From positions 704,001-768,000 of the forward strand of contig CAVSOU010000011.1 of assembly GCA_963729625.1 (NCBI GenBank): DNA of 64,000 nucleotides, written 5' to 3'. The translations under genes and the position numbers were made by a program. Position 1 is the first letter of the stretch. Each line of letters begins with the position of its first letter. The notes under the pieces are model-generated. The model had not been told where the DNA came from and did not search any database. It saw only the letters and a list, made by a program, of their open reading frames with translations. Positions 19,001 through 29,367 of this stretch are shown here, one piece after another. The stretch comes from an uncultured bacterium. GTDB taxonomy: Bacteria > Chloroflexota > UBA5177 > JANWHV01.

Positions 19001-19830
19001 GAGCCCAGGACTGCGCGCGCCGCCTCGGGTCGCCGAAGGAGGTGGCTTTCACCGCCAACATGACGGTTTGGCCCCTGATCTTTGCCGGATCCCTTGAGGA
19101 AGCGACGCGCGTCGCGGAGGAGGGCATGCAGGCGAGCGCGGCCTGCGGCGATCGCCGTTCGACTGCCAACCTCATGAATGCCAAGGCTACGATCGCCTAC
19201 TACGATCCCGCCCGTCACGGCGAAGCCATCGCGCTCTACAAGCGCACGATCGAGCTGTACGACGAGCTGCACGACCGGAGTGGTGTCTTGCTGAGTTTCA
19301 ACAATCTGGCCAGCGTCTATGTCGATGATGTCGAGCTGGATCTTGCCGCTCAGGCCTTCGCGGAGGCGCGCCGCATGGGGCAGCGCCTTAAGCAGCACCA
19401 CATGATGGCCAATGTGCTGAGCGGCAGCGGCATGGTCGCCAGCCTGCGGGGCGATGACGTGGCTGCGTGGGGCTTCTGGCGCGAGGCGATGGAGCGTGCG
19501 CTGGCGTCGAGCAAGACTGTGATTCTCGAGGAGTGCGCGATCGGTCTCGCCTACGTCTGGGCGCAAGCGGGCTTCACCGAGCAAGCCGCCGTTGTGCTTG
19601 GCATGATCGGTCTTCAGCCAAGCGGTAAGCCATGGCTGCTGCTTCCGATCGAAAGGGTCAGTGCCTTGGTGCGGCCGGCGCTATCCGCGCCACGATGGGA
19701 GGCGCTGCTGCGCCACGGCGCCGGGCTTACCGTCAGCGCCATGGCGCAGCTGCTGCTGATGCGCACAGGGCCTCTCGACGTCCCCACGAACATCCTGCCG
19801 GACGTTGAGGGCTCCGCGCACCACGACTGA
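16054..19830 (+). CDS. Diguanylate cyclase (GGDEF) - degenerate P-loop - STAND/NB-ARC-like NTPase - TPR protein
   Basis: DLDNFKSINDAFGH and RYGGDEF; GAPGVGMS (Walker A Lys lost); GHGGVGKT; GYPLAI; C-terminal TPR-like helices. Confidence 0.9.
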   Translation: MTDDDEGQHRGDGDTTERTDPLTGALPREALASVFDTAQHVATSIGLLMIDLDNFKSINDAFGHATGDLVLHTFAADARSVLRANDTLIRYGGDEFVVVLPSASLAAAHEVAERVRISVAGHAMPTTPPLTVSVSVGCSCTDATTPQLSLTDLLAQADGRLYQAKRRGRNQVVSVEDVPSAAEAAEVAADTQGRLIERDGAFTQALTWLDAVLAGERGLLRVVGAPGVGMSRFLEAVARMARLRGYQVLTLTGSPALGLRQYGALSDALSSAPSGEQHDAHELLEVPAPGEARGFLVILDRASDIDASTLELVWQLVAHPGAGRIGVVVGHNPAAAEVGRLPDLRVRAEVRLQPFSVSGLQVWLRTALRWEAPTDFSLWLYAQTDGYPALLQAALQHVRADGLLTRQSNGSGWDVSPLFREYDLRGLLQRERARAEEASELVRPYGLLVGRTDELRTIKQSIAGEQLVVLAGHGGVGKTHLALQAAAEVGPLFADGAVVVPLAATTAVEFVALALVRALALAVVGQQEPYAVAVEYLTARDMLVVFDTVEDLPGIGVLVQDLLAVLPRLRMLMTTRDAAAIQADAIITVDGLRDAYESAREDSSESMTVAEGAGTATASASDGLADRPMVTGPLAGAALLAGLAERALATPASDLYVLASGHGVLDAIPDSARMATIRRLCRSVHGYPLAIKMLASWTGFFGHEGVALRLEQQVQAATGVTTADVPGIAISPMQAVFGFFWALLAERDRRSIGGLALFRGGFSAEAALDVADVTPFLLAALADRAFIQTERIGQYRLHALLRQYAWSWLQQDAQATAAVKQRHADWYLRLAAAAATDIRGPRFRDWVEQLEIELDNLRTALTWALDQAPLAALQAALDLAEFWLAGFYAREGYSWVEISLACAENCSDGLAPPLRMAALGRLGSLARQCGDTDAARLHLTAAVALAEDQRAGSDGELAYSLGVLSNVESDLAAHDRAVDLARRAQDCARRLGSPKEVAFTANMTVWPLIFAGSLEEATRVAEEGMQASAACGDRRSTANLMNAKATIAYYDPARHGEAIALYKRTIELYDELHDRSGVLLSFNNLASVYVDDVELDLAAQAFAEARRMGQRLKQHHMMANVLSGSGMVASLRGDDVAAWGFWREAMERALASSKTVILEECAIGLAYVWAQAGFTEQAAVVLGMIGLQPSGKPWLLLPIERVSALVRPALSAPRWEALLRHGAGLTVSAMAQLLLMRTGPLDVPTNILPDVEGSAHHD

Positions 19831-19838
19831 ATGTGGTT

Positions 19839-20366
19839 TTATTTGTGCAGGGCGATGCTGGCCGTCTTGGCTGACTTCGAAACGACGAGCACATCCCACA
19901 TTCCGGCCGAAGCATGGCCGGGCACGGCACAGATCAGCAAGTATGTGCCGGCCTTGTTCGCCACAAAGGAGAACTTCTGCGTCGTTCCCTTGGCGACTCC
20001 GCTCGTGGGATCGGGCGAATTCGCGCCCTTGAATGCGTCTGGAACCGTGGATACGGGGGGTGACTTTGCAAAAGCCACGATTTGCGCGCTGTGCCCCAGC
20101 GGTGAGTTATTGCTGAAGGTCACATTCACCCGATCGCCCAGTGGCACCGTGATCGTCATCTTGCCGTTACTGCCGCCATTGAAGTTGAACCCGCCGCCTG
20201 CATCATTGTAGGCTGCGATGAGCGTCAAGTTGACTGTTTTGCCTTTGGTGGCGACCCACGTTGGGGCCTGTGCCTGGTTCGCGAAGGTCATTGTCGCTCC
20301 TGCGAGGTACGACAGTCCCACTACAGCAGCGGCAGCCAGACGAGAAAAACGAAAGACACGCGACAT
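19839..20366 (-). CDS. Secreted sulfocyanin-like type 1 blue copper protein
   Basis: GGAGGAG RBS; signal peptide; FNFNGGSNG; LGHS; canonical loop ICAVPGHASAGMW. Confidence 0.9.
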   Translation of the reverse strand: MSRVFRFSRLAAAAVVGLSYLAGATMTFANQAQAPTWVATKGKTVNLTLIAAYNDAGGGFNFNGGSNGKMTITVPLGDRVNVTFSNNSPLGHSAQIVAFAKSPPVSTVPDAFKGANSPDPTSGVAKGTTQKFSFVANKAGTYLLICAVPGHASAGMWDVLVVSKSAKTASIALHK

Positions 20367-20715
20367 TTGCTCCTCCGGGTTGAGTCTCAAGAGGGACCAC
20401 AATTGGTCCCTGGGAGTACGTGCCGGCGCTTCGTGAGGACTAGGCCGGCGTTTCGACGGGCCTACGGAATCTCTTCTCGGGCGCGTCCTACTACATAGTA
20501 TGGCAAAGTAAATCTTATTAAACCATGAATAGCGTAAGCCGAGAGGTCACGCGATCGTATCGCCCGTCTCAGGCAGTATGCGGAGATAGCCGCCGATCTC
20601 GCCGTTGATCCGGCTTGACGGGTCGATCCATCGCGAATTGTCGTCGAGCTGCACGACGATGACGTACCATCACGAAGGCCAGTGTTCCGGCAAGTGGGAG
20701 ATTGAGGAGAAGAGC

Positions 20716-21177
20716 ATGCCGACCATCACGAGCATTATGTACCGTCCCAAGGACTCTGCCGTGCCGATTCCAGCGGTCGGCTATCTGCGTGTCGCCCTGA
20801 CCGAAGCAACCCTGGTCGAAGGTCACGGCATCGAAGGTGACGTGAACGCCCAACCGCGTCGCAACCTCAACGTGATGGATAGGTTGACGCTCGGGGAGCT
20901 CGAAGCGGAGGGCTTTCCTGCCGCGCCCGGCGCTCTCGGCGAGAACCTGATACTTGACGGCCTCGACTTGCGCGTGTTGCCTGCGGACACGCAGATCCGC
21001 CTTGGTGCACAGGCCGTCATCGCGATCACATTGCCACGCACCGGATGCGGAAAATTGCATCGCATCGACGATCGTATGCCGGCGCAGACCGCGGGCCGGG
21101 TTGGCGTGATGGCTCAGGTCGTGCGGGCAGGCACGATTAGGGTCGGGGACCGCGCCGACGTGATCTCGACCGAATAG
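20716..21177 (+). CDS. MOSC domain protein
   Basis: GAGGAG RBS; GIEGD, PGALGENL, PRTGCGKL, GVMAQVVRAGTIRVGD. Confidence 0.88.
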   Translation: MPTITSIMYRPKDSAVPIPAVGYLRVALTEATLVEGHGIEGDVNAQPRRNLNVMDRLTLGELEAEGFPAAPGALGENLILDGLDLRVLPADTQIRLGAQAVIAITLPRTGCGKLHRIDDRMPAQTAGRVGVMAQVVRAGTIRVGDRADVISTE

Positions 21178-21265
21178 ACGTACACATGCTCGTGGGCTTT
21201 GGCATGTCGACCGATCAAAGAGTGTCCGCAAGGCTGGCCGCGCCCGTTTGCCTGCGTTACGCCGG

Positions 21266-22105
21266 CTACATCGAGATCAGTGGGATGGCGAGGAGCACCA
21301 GTAGTATGCCTGTGCCCTGGATACGTGTCACACGCTCTCGCAACACGACTGCTGCGAGCAGGACGGTAGCCGCAGGGTAGAGGGAGGAGAGTATCGCCGC
21401 GATATCGAGACGACCACTGTGGGCAGCGAGCACGAAGAAGGCGTTCCCGCCGGCGTCCAGCAGTCCCGCGAGCAATACCAGGGGAGCAACCGTCATCGCG
21501 GGCACCTTCGGCTTGCTCTGCAGTCGCAACAGCGTGGCCAGCACGACGACCGAGGTCATGCGGGCGGCAGCGAGGGGCCAGAACGTGGAGGCATGATTCA
21601 CGCGGCTGATGAGGATGAAGAAGCCGCCGAAGCAGCAGCCGGCCAGCAAGGCGAGCCCGATTCCCTTCGGTGGGCCGAAGGTTCTTTCAGGGCGTGCTAT
21701 CAACCCGATCGCCAGCAGCGCAAGCACGAAGCCGCCCAGCTGAAGCACTGTCGGGAGTTGCACTGTGACGGCACTGAATAGCACGGGTAGAATAGCCGTG
21801 AGCACTGCCGAAACAGGGGCGGCGATGCCCATCTTCCCCATTGAGAGAGCCGAATAGAACGCGAGCAGCCCAAACACGCCCGCCACGCCGGCCACTGCTC
21901 CCCACACCAGACTGGAGCGATCTGGAACAGGCTCTTGTGTGATCAGGGCCAGTGCGATCAGAAAGACAAGACCCACCGCATACGAGCCGAGGACGACGCT
22001 CGCGGGATTCGCGCGGCGGGAGGCAAGACCACCGTTGAAATCGCCGCTTCCCCAGCATGCAGAAGCGGCAAGTCCAAAGAGGACTGGGCCAAAGGCGTGA
22101 CTCAT
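21266..22105 (-). CDS. EamA/DMT family transporter
   Basis: About ten TM helices; WGSGDFNGGLASRR, LSSLYPAATVLLA. Confidence 0.9.
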   Translation of the reverse strand: MSHAFGPVLFGLAASACWGSGDFNGGLASRRANPASVVLGSYAVGLVFLIALALITQEPVPDRSSLVWGAVAGVAGVFGLLAFYSALSMGKMGIAAPVSAVLTAILPVLFSAVTVQLPTVLQLGGFVLALLAIGLIARPERTFGPPKGIGLALLAGCCFGGFFILISRVNHASTFWPLAAARMTSVVVLATLLRLQSKPKVPAMTVAPLVLLAGLLDAGGNAFFVLAAHSGRLDIAAILSSLYPAATVLLAAVVLRERVTRIQGTGILLVLLAIPLISM

Positions 22106-22128
22106 AACCTGCGCACGTATCTAGCGAC

Positions 22129-22749
22129 TCATGCGTTCTTGATTACGAGGTTCTCGATCACATTCGCCACGTCCTCGCACTTGTCAAAGGCCTTCTCCAT
22201 CAACGCGTAGAGATGGTTCCACTTGATCACGTCGAGCGGATCGTAGACTCCCTTCGTGAACAGCTCAGATATGGCGTTGCGATAGAGCCCGTCGCCCTCG
22301 TTCTCGATCCGGTTGACCTCGATCACGTAGTAATTCAAGCCCCTTAGTTCTTCGAGGCCGCCAACGGCGTGCTCGATTTGCTCGACCGCCGTGACCAGCA
22401 AGGTGCTTGCTTCCAGCAGGTAGACACTGGGGACCGGGACATTGTACAGCACCAGCATGGCCGCAATCTCTTCGATGAGGTCGATCACCGAGTCCATCAT
22501 GCTCGTAAGCGCCGCGATATCCTCGCGATCGATGGGCGTGACAAAGGTCACGTTGAGACGATGGAAGATCTCGTGCGCGATGCGGTCGCCTTCATGTTCA
22601 ATCTCCGCGATGGCCGCGGCCTTGCCACGCACACCTTCATAGTTGCGGAGCATGTCACAGAGAGCTTTCGCGCCCACGACGATGTTGGCTGCATGTCTCT
22701 GTAACATGACATAGAAGTCCCGCTCTTTCGGCAACAGGCTGAGACGCAC
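22129..22749 (-). CDS. DUF47 / PhoU-like phosphate-transport accessory protein
   Basis: IEHEGDRI, FVTPIDREDI, IENEGD, DKCEDVANVIE. Confidence 0.9.
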   Translation of the reverse strand: MRLSLLPKERDFYVMLQRHAANIVVGAKALCDMLRNYEGVRGKAAAIAEIEHEGDRIAHEIFHRLNVTFVTPIDREDIAALTSMMDSVIDLIEEIAAMLVLYNVPVPSVYLLEASTLLVTAVEQIEHAVGGLEELRGLNYYVIEVNRIENEGDGLYRNAISELFTKGVYDPLDVIKWNHLYALMEKAFDKCEDVANVIENLVIKNA

Positions 22750-23243
22750 CGTTCAACCTCCGCGCGTGACAAGCGTACCTGTACGGACACAGCAGCGACA
22801 GTCGTAGCAGGCCGATATGGCTTCGCCGGCAAAGCCGTTGAAATTCCCCCCAGCCCGACACCGACCCGCCGGGGCGCCGCAAGCAACACCGAATGGCGCC
22901 CGCGAGTCTGGCCAGCGCCACTGGACGTGACCGGAATGCTCAGCACGCGGCCCTACTATAGGGATGAGAGCCCGGCATTGGGGCCGTGATGATTATACCT
23001 GCGCTCCCAGGGATCACGCAGGTTGCCGTTATCTCGCTGCTTTTGTCGGAGCGCCTCCCACTCGTCAGAGCCGCCACACGGGAGGTTGTCGCTGCGTGCT
23101 GCCCGGTGCCGGTAGTCTGTCAACCATCATCAGCGACATTCACCTGGCACAGCCGTGCCGGGTACTCACAAGAGTGGGTCATGCTACCCTGATGCCGCAG
23201 CTTCAGGCCTGATCGCCACCGCAATGAATGAGAGTTGACAGTC

Positions 23244-23480
23244 CTAGTAGGGCGCCGGCGGGTACGGTTCGTCAGGCGTAACGGAGCCGTCGGCAAGCAG
23301 CCAGTGATTCGTCTTCTCGCCCTTCCGCCCCGGACACGGTGCGCTGGGAGGGTAGGTCAACCTGGTGCGGAGACCGCAGAAGTCACAGGCCAGCACATTA
23401 CCAGCCGGATCGTCAAAGGGCCGGTTGACGTGCCACCAGTGCTCGCGCACCGCTATCCGCCTGAAACTCAGTTTCAACAT
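23244..23480 (-). CDS. Small hypothetical protein, possible Zn ribbon
   Basis: GGAGA RBS before ATG; HWWH, CDFC and C motifs; 78 aa. Confidence 0.45.
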   Translation of the reverse strand: MLKLSFRRIAVREHWWHVNRPFDDPAGNVLACDFCGLRTRLTYPPSAPCPGRKGEKTNHWLLADGSVTPDEPYPPAPY

Positions 23481-23597
23481 AGCCGTTCTCCGTATGAATG
23501 CCAGTCGCTGGCCAAGCGGATCGGAACTGTAGTACCAGAGTGACACACACTACAGGTAAACGCAAGTACACTTTCAGTATATCGACGACCGGGCAAT

Positions 23598-23786
23598 GTG
23601 TCTGCCACCATTCCTGGCAACGGCATCGGGCTGGCAGGGGTACACCACATGATCGCGCGACACGGAGGCTCTATTTCCCTGGACAGTACGGAGGGCGCAG
23701 GAACAACGGTCACAGTGCGACTGCCCCTACGTCAGAACATCAATCGGCGAACGCGCGCCGTACGCCAAGGTTCGCCGCTGGCCTAG
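23598..23786 (+). pseudogene. Isolated C-terminal fragment of a histidine kinase HATPase_c domain
   Basis: PGNGIGLAGVHHMIARHGGSISLDSTEGAGTTVTVRLPL (G2 box onward) without the upstream kinase. Confidence 0.75.
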
Positions 23787-24830
23787 AAGCTGCTTATGCC
23801 TCCGCTCTCGCAGGCGCGGAGCGTAGAGGCAGGTGACTGCAGCGGAATCTTCCGGCCGTGTCATGAGCGCCCACCTGAGAACGCAGCACCCCTTCACGCA
23901 CGCCGGCGTTCCGGTCGTTGGTCCCGCTCCCTGTCGGTCCATATGCTCATCCGGAAGCACGACGTATTGCCCTCCCGCCTGTCTCGCGCCGGTCGTAGTG
24001 TGAAGGTGCGGCGGGCAAGAGGGATCGTGGCAGGACGGTGCCAGGCGATGAGTATATAGCGCGACACGCAGTGCCCGGCATGCCGGCGGTCCCTTCCGGG
24101 TTAGGACCCCAGTCCGCAGAAACACCAAGGCGGGTTTGCCGGCGCGAACCGCCTCCTGGATCGAGTGCAGCGTACCGGATGAGCCGCCGGCCATGTGCAG
24201 TTTCCACGGCGCCGACCCGCAGCGCGATGCGCCAAACTGCGGTACCATGCACGTAGCAGTAGAGTTGCGTTCCCATGTTCATGGCTGTAGCTTGCTGGCG
24301 CTATTGGCGTTCAGTGTCTCGGCTGCGCAACGTGCCTGTGGCAAGGCGAGAATACCATTATGGACTACTTTCCAGCTTCCACTCACTTCGTGTTGCGGGC
24401 CACACGGAATGGCACTGCCGGCAATGCACAGGGACGGACGCCAAACTACATCGATATCGGCACCTTTACTGCACGATCGTCCGCCGAAAACCGCGTAAGG
24501 CGCCTCTCGGCAGTGCGAGCGTTTGACGGCTACGTTTTGACTGAGGAGTCTGTGCGCTTGTTGACGAGCGGGTCGGCCGTGCTCAATACCGTGACATATA
24601 ACACGCACGGGGACGTTAGCACGCCGGGCTCACGAGCACGGGGAGGCGCGGCGCAGCGCTGACGGTTTTCTCGACGGGCCGAGGACCATTTTGGGCTCCA
24701 CGTCGCGTTCGATCGTGGCGAGAACGGATGCTGGGGTCATACGACGTCGCCAGGGGGGCGCTGCTCGCTCGCGCTCGCCGATGAGTCTCCTCGCTGCTCC
24801 GTGCCAGCCTCTGAGCCTGCCAAACCTGGA

Positions 24831-25913
24831 CTACCGCGATAACACCGGCCTGCTAAACACAGCGCGCGCAACGGTATTGGCCGCTCGCCACGGCTTCGGT
24901 GACGATACTGTGAAGGGAGGCACTCTTCGCAGGCCGGCAAGAACCAGAAGAATGAGCGCTTTGGCCACGGGATCGCCGAGACGCACCAGGACCGCTGCCG
25001 CGGCAGCTGCAGGCAGGGGAACACCGGCTCCGGCGACAAGAAGGCCCAGAACAGCCCCATCCCGCGCACCTAACCCGTTAGGCAGGAAGAAGGTCACGCT
25101 CCCAATCACCGCTGCCACCGCCTGCACGCCGATCGCCGCCAAAAGGGACACGCCGGCACTGGGCGCGGCAGCCCGCACGAGCACCCATAGGGGCACGGTC
25201 CCTACCACCCAACCGATCGCCGCCACCGGAATCAGGCTGAGCAGATGGGGCAATGATAACCGCAACGGCAGGCCCGACGGATCGAGGAGGAGACGGGCAA
25301 CGTGCCATCGGGTGCATCGGCGAGGGCAGAGCGCGACGAGCATGAGAATGACCAGCGCCCCTACACCACAGGCTGCCGTAGCGATCATGACGACCAGCGG
25401 CCCATGTGTCCCCAGACCGGGCAGCGCATGGGTCGCCGCGGGAGCGGTCAGCAGCACCACGCCGCAGGGCGCCCAGACGACGCAACCAAGGAATCCGACC
25501 ACGCTGGCAAGACCCAGGACCAGTACGGCACGGCCGGCAGATACTCCGTGTCGCCGCAGGAGCACGATGCATTCGCCCGCAGCGCCAGCACCTGAGCCTA
25601 CATACGCGGCAAGGCCGGTCCCCGCATAGAGCGTGATACCCACGTGTAGGGCAGCGTGGTGGCCAAGACACCAGAGCACCCGCGTCCAGACCACGCCACT
25701 GATGAGCATCGAGATGACGGTCATGCTGAGTGCAAGGACCAAGGCCGTGGGACCAACGCGCAATATCGCGTGCAGCGCGAAGCCCCATCCGATGGCGCGC
25801 AATGCCATCAGCAGCAGGCTACCCAGAACCACGCCGCATCCAAGACGAAGTGCCAACGGCCGTAAGCCCACCTGGTAGCTTCCCTCCAACCGCATCACGG
25901 GCATGCGTGCCAC
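24831..25913 (-). CDS. Lysylphosphatidylglycerol synthase TM / flippase-like (UPF0104) membrane protein
   Basis: Multi-TM; FFLPNGLGARDGA motif near C-terminus. Confidence 0.8.
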   Translation of the reverse strand: MARMPVMRLEGSYQVGLRPLALRLGCGVVLGSLLLMALRAIGWGFALHAILRVGPTALVLALSMTVISMLISGVVWTRVLWCLGHHAALHVGITLYAGTGLAAYVGSGAGAAGECIVLLRRHGVSAGRAVLVLGLASVVGFLGCVVWAPCGVVLLTAPAATHALPGLGTHGPLVVMIATAACGVGALVILMLVALCPRRCTRWHVARLLLDPSGLPLRLSLPHLLSLIPVAAIGWVVGTVPLWVLVRAAAPSAGVSLLAAIGVQAVAAVIGSVTFFLPNGLGARDGAVLGLLVAGAGVPLPAAAAAAVLVRLGDPVAKALILLVLAGLRRVPPFTVSSPKPWRAANTVARAVFSRPVLSR

Positions 25914-26122
25914 GAATCAAGCAGAACGAGAGAGGAAGCGCCGCCGCCGGGCATCGGCTGTAACCTGGGAACGCGCGGTCAGCTGCTCGACCAATGTTGT
26001 TGTGCTGGCGTGCACCGTGATGATGTGCTTGGCGGCATTCTCGGCTAGCTTGGGCACTCTCCGCACGTACTGGCACTGCATCGCTTCAGGTGTGGCACCC
26101 GAGGTGGTGACCGTCACCCCAT

Positions 26123-26151
26123 AGTATGGGCTCGCAGTGGGCAGGTGTCAA
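26123..26151 (-). promoter_or_regulatory. Sigma70-type promoter TTGACA-17-CATACT
   Basis: Consensus -35 with 17-bp spacer, pointing to the small ORF 25917-26117 and the flippase-like gene. Confidence 0.5.
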
Positions 26152-26376
26152 GTTTACTATAATTTTCCTCTAGCTATACCAAGCTTTAGAGGCGTGGCAT
26201 CGTGCAGTTTGCTTGAAGATACTAATAGTAATTGGCATTCAGGTAACGCGGGGGTGGCGTGCTGGCATGCTCCGGTCTGCTTGCCACGGCAGGCGCGGCA
26301 GGTAGCTCGGCTCGTCGAGCTGTGCTACTGCGGCAATCCTCTGCAGGAGGCGCTAACGAGGGCTTACGCATTGTAA

Positions 26377-26403
26377 CTAGCACTCGGTGCGCATGATTGC
26401 TAT
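26377..26403. promoter_or_regulatory. CIRCE element (HrcA operator) upstream of hsp20
   Basis: CTAGCACTC-N9-GATTGCTAT versus consensus TTAGCACTC-N9-GAGTGCTAA. Confidence 0.75.
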
Positions 26404-26507
26404 CACGATCGGTGCGAACCACGAGGCTTATGGGAGAACGGGGCTACACCAGAGGCAGCCAACGAATCGCCAATGAACCATACTTTATAGTAAGTGGCTA
26501 AATCTTC

Positions 26508-26536
26508 TTGACATTATATGAGGAAAGGAGTACAGT
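26508..26536 (+). promoter_or_regulatory. Sigma70-type promoter of hsp20, TTGACA-17-TACAGT
   Basis: Perfect -35 with 17-bp spacer. Confidence 0.65.
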
Positions 26537-26618
26537 TGGAGTATGTGGAGCGCGCCGCTCCTACACCAAGAAACCCACTGTACGATTCAATCGTGCGAGT
26601 GCGCACGGTTGGGAAAGA

Positions 26619-27116
26619 ATGACGATCATGACAATTCGCGCCGTTTGGCAGCCATTGAATGACGTAGTATCGCTTCGAGACGCCATGGACCGCCTGGTGG
26701 CTGACAGCTTCATCAGCCCCCGCACGCTACTCGGCACGGTCGGGGCCAACCTGTCGGTATCGGCCAACCTCTATGAGACAAATGATGGCTATATTGCGCA
26801 GTTCTCGCTGCCGGGAGTCGACCCCGACCAGGTACAGGTCACCGTCCAGGGCGACACGGTCTATCTGAAAGGCGAGCGCATCAATCAGTCCTTCGAGAAC
26901 GCTCAGCAAATCTGGAACGGTATCGGGGAGGGCCACTTTGAGCAGGCTTTCAGCTTGCCAATGGCAGTGGACGCCCAGGGAGCTCAGGCAACGTACGCCT
27001 GGGGTATGCTGACCCTTCGCCTGGCCAAGGCCCAGCACGCACGCGCCCACACGATCAAGGTGAGCGCCGGTACAAGCCAGGAAGTGAAGATCCCTGAACA
27101 GGCCGCTTCCAGCTAG
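26619..27116 (+). CDS. Hsp20/alpha-crystallin small heat-shock protein
   Basis: WQPLNDVVSLRDAMDRL, LPGVDPDQVQVTV, ATYAWGMLTLRLAK. Confidence 0.92.
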   Translation: MTIMTIRAVWQPLNDVVSLRDAMDRLVADSFISPRTLLGTVGANLSVSANLYETNDGYIAQFSLPGVDPDQVQVTVQGDTVYLKGERINQSFENAQQIWNGIGEGHFEQAFSLPMAVDAQGAQATYAWGMLTLRLAKAQHARAHTIKVSAGTSQEVKIPEQAASS

Positions 27117-27123
27117 TAGGCCC

Positions 27124-27181
27124 ACGCACGCAATAAACCGGGGAGGTAGTGGCCATTACCTCCCCGGTTTATTGCGTGCGT
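27124..27181. terminator. 25-bp perfect inverted repeat between convergent hsp20 and ftsH
   Basis: acgcacgcaataaaccggggaggta-gtggccat-tacctccccggtttattgcgtgcgt. Confidence 0.8.
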
Positions 27182-27312
27182 CGAAGCACGTGATTATCAG
27201 TTGTGGAAGTTCCTTTGAGAGCACCATCACCTCGGCCGAGTAGCACAGCTGGTGTTCGGCGTTGCCCGCCCCCGTCAATGCGCGCACGCCCTACAGCTTG
27301 CGGGCTCGAGCG

Positions 27313-29367
27313 TCAATGCAGGTGCTCCGCACCACCGGGCGTCCCGGTTCGCAACTTGCGACGCCCGTCAGCCTTCCTAGCTCGTAGCTGATCGAGCGGC
27401 GGCGCGACGGCGTGGCCATTCCCGAGATTGTGCGCGCCCTGTACGAGGGCCACAATTTGCTCCAGGTTCAACGTCTCCTCTCTCATGAGCGCCGTGGCGA
27501 TAGCGTCGAGTGCGGTGCGATTCTCGCTCAGTAGCACGTGCGCTTGCCCGTGCGCTTCGTCGATGAGCCGGTGCACCGCGGCATCGATGCGCTGCGCGGT
27601 TTCATCACCGTGCTCTTTTGGCTCCCAGCCCACATATGGGTTGCCGCCCAGACCTCCGTCGCCGGAACCACCGAAGGACTCAGGGCCTAACTCGTCGGCC
27701 ATGCCGAGCTCCGTGACCATGGCCCGCGCCAGGCTGGTTACACCCTGTAAGTCGTTCTGCGCTCCTGACGTGATATCATCGCAGGCGATTTCCTCTGCCG
27801 CCCGCCCACCTAACCCCACCGCCATGCGGTTGAGCAAATAGCCCCTCCGGTAGCTGCGCCGATCGTCAATCGGTAAGAACTGTGTCACGCCCAGTGAGCG
27901 CCCGCGCGGCGTGATCGTCACGCGGCGAATCAGATCCATGTTAGGCAGGAGGTGGGCGACAAGAGCGTGCCCGCTCTCATGGTAGGAAGCGGTACGGCGC
28001 TCGTCCTCGTTCATCAATGCCGCTCCCCGCGCGCCGAGCGTGATGCGGTCTAGAGCTGCGTCGAAGTCCGAAGCGGTGACCGCTGCCCTGCCCGTACGCG
28101 CCGCGATCAGTGCTGCCTCATTGGCCAGGTTGGCCAGGTCGGCCCCGCTCATGCCCGGCGTGGCTTGGGCGATCAGTCCCAGCTGCACGTCACCAGCAAG
28201 CGGGATCTGTTTCGTGTGCAGCTTCAAGATCGCCTCACGCCCTTGTCTGTCCGGCGGATCGACGGCAACCTGGCGGTCGAATCGGCCGGGCCGCAGCAGT
28301 GCCGGATCCAGGACCTCGGGCCGGTTGGTAGCAGCCAGCACGATCACTGCCTCGTTTGGCTCAAAGCCATCCATCGCCGAAAGCAGTTGGTTGAGCGTCT
28401 GCTCGCGTTCGTCATTCGAACCGCCACCCATTGGTCCACTGCCGCCGCGCCTGCGACCGATCGCGTCGATCTCGTCGATGAAGACGATAGACGGCGCATT
28501 GGCCCTTGCCTTGTCGAACAAGTCGCGCACCCGGCTGGCGCCCACACCTACGAACATCTCTACAAACTCGGTGGCGCTGATGCTAAAGAACGGCGTGCGA
28601 GCCTCGCCGGCAACGGCGCGTGCCATCAGCGTCTTGCCCGTGCCGGGAGGTCCCACCAGCAGCACACCCTTGGGGATGCGGGCGCCTAGGAGCAGGTACT
28701 TGGTCGGATCGCGCAGGAAATCCACCTCCTCGCGCAGCTCCGCTTTGGCGGCGTCCACGCCTGCCACATCGGCGAAGGTGGTAGCGGGGCGCTCCACGGT
28801 ATAGAGCTTGGCGCGGCTCTTTCCAAAGCTGAACAAACCTCCTTGCTGGCCGCGCATAGCGCGCATGCCGAAGTAAATCAGGCCAATGAAAAAGAGAAAC
28901 GGCAAGGCCTGCAGCAGGAGCGTGAGCACGCTCAGCCAGACCGGCGTGACCGTGCTTGTACCGGTGATCAGCACGTTGTGGGAGGTCAAGGTACCTACCA
29001 GCGCAGGATCGTCGATCGGCAGGAGCGTCGTGGTGTAGTGCGCATAGACCTTGCCGGTGGACGGGTCCTTATATGCGTGCTTGAAGTCGCCGGAAGTGGT
29101 ACTTGTGGTGACGTCGGCCGTCTTCACGGTACCTGCCTTGACCTGGGACAGGAAGGTGCTGTAGGGCAGGGTGGTGGTTGGACTGCTGCTGGAGCGGTTG
29201 AGCAACGGGCCGTAAAACACAAGGTTGAAGATCAGTATCGCTGCCAGCCAGCCGAGCCACTGGCGTCGCGACATGCCGAAGTGCAGCCGCTTGCTGGCAG
29301 GAGGGCCCGGTGGCGCCGGCGATCCCGAGCGTCTCCTCGTGCTGAGGTCATTCACGGTCTTCTCCAT
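27313..29367 (-). CDS. ftsH: ATP-dependent zinc metalloprotease FtsH
   Basis: Two TMs; GPPGTGKT; FIDEID; RPGRFDR; HESGH zinc motif. Confidence 0.97.
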   Translation of the reverse strand: MEKTVNDLSTRRRSGSPAPPGPPASKRLHFGMSRRQWLGWLAAILIFNLVFYGPLLNRSSSSPTTTLPYSTFLSQVKAGTVKTADVTTSTTSGDFKHAYKDPSTGKVYAHYTTTLLPIDDPALVGTLTSHNVLITGTSTVTPVWLSVLTLLLQALPFLFFIGLIYFGMRAMRGQQGGLFSFGKSRAKLYTVERPATTFADVAGVDAAKAELREEVDFLRDPTKYLLLGARIPKGVLLVGPPGTGKTLMARAVAGEARTPFFSISATEFVEMFVGVGASRVRDLFDKARANAPSIVFIDEIDAIGRRRGGSGPMGGGSNDEREQTLNQLLSAMDGFEPNEAVIVLAATNRPEVLDPALLRPGRFDRQVAVDPPDRQGREAILKLHTKQIPLAGDVQLGLIAQATPGMSGADLANLANEAALIAARTGRAAVTASDFDAALDRITLGARGAALMNEDERRTASYHESGHALVAHLLPNMDLIRRVTITPRGRSLGVTQFLPIDDRRSYRRGYLLNRMAVGLGGRAAEEIACDDITSGAQNDLQGVTSLARAMVTELGMADELGPESFGGSGDGGLGGNPYVGWEPKEHGDETAQRIDAAVHRLIDEAHGQAHVLLSENRTALDAIATALMREETLNLEQIVALVQGAHNLGNGHAVAPPLDQLRARKADGRRKLRTGTPGGAEHLH

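Noticed and set aside
20480-20540. TCAT-regulon site upstream of the second sulfocyanin
   Set aside because: One TCAT and a TACTAT are present but the spacing does not fit TCAT-N7-TCAT-N10.
22760-24830. Many short overlapping ORFs on both strands
   Set aside because: No recognisable motifs or consistent RBS apart from the two small features listed; probably decayed sequence.
26508-26618. TTG-start extension of Hsp20
   Set aside because: The TTG is the -35 box of a good promoter; homology starts near 26619.
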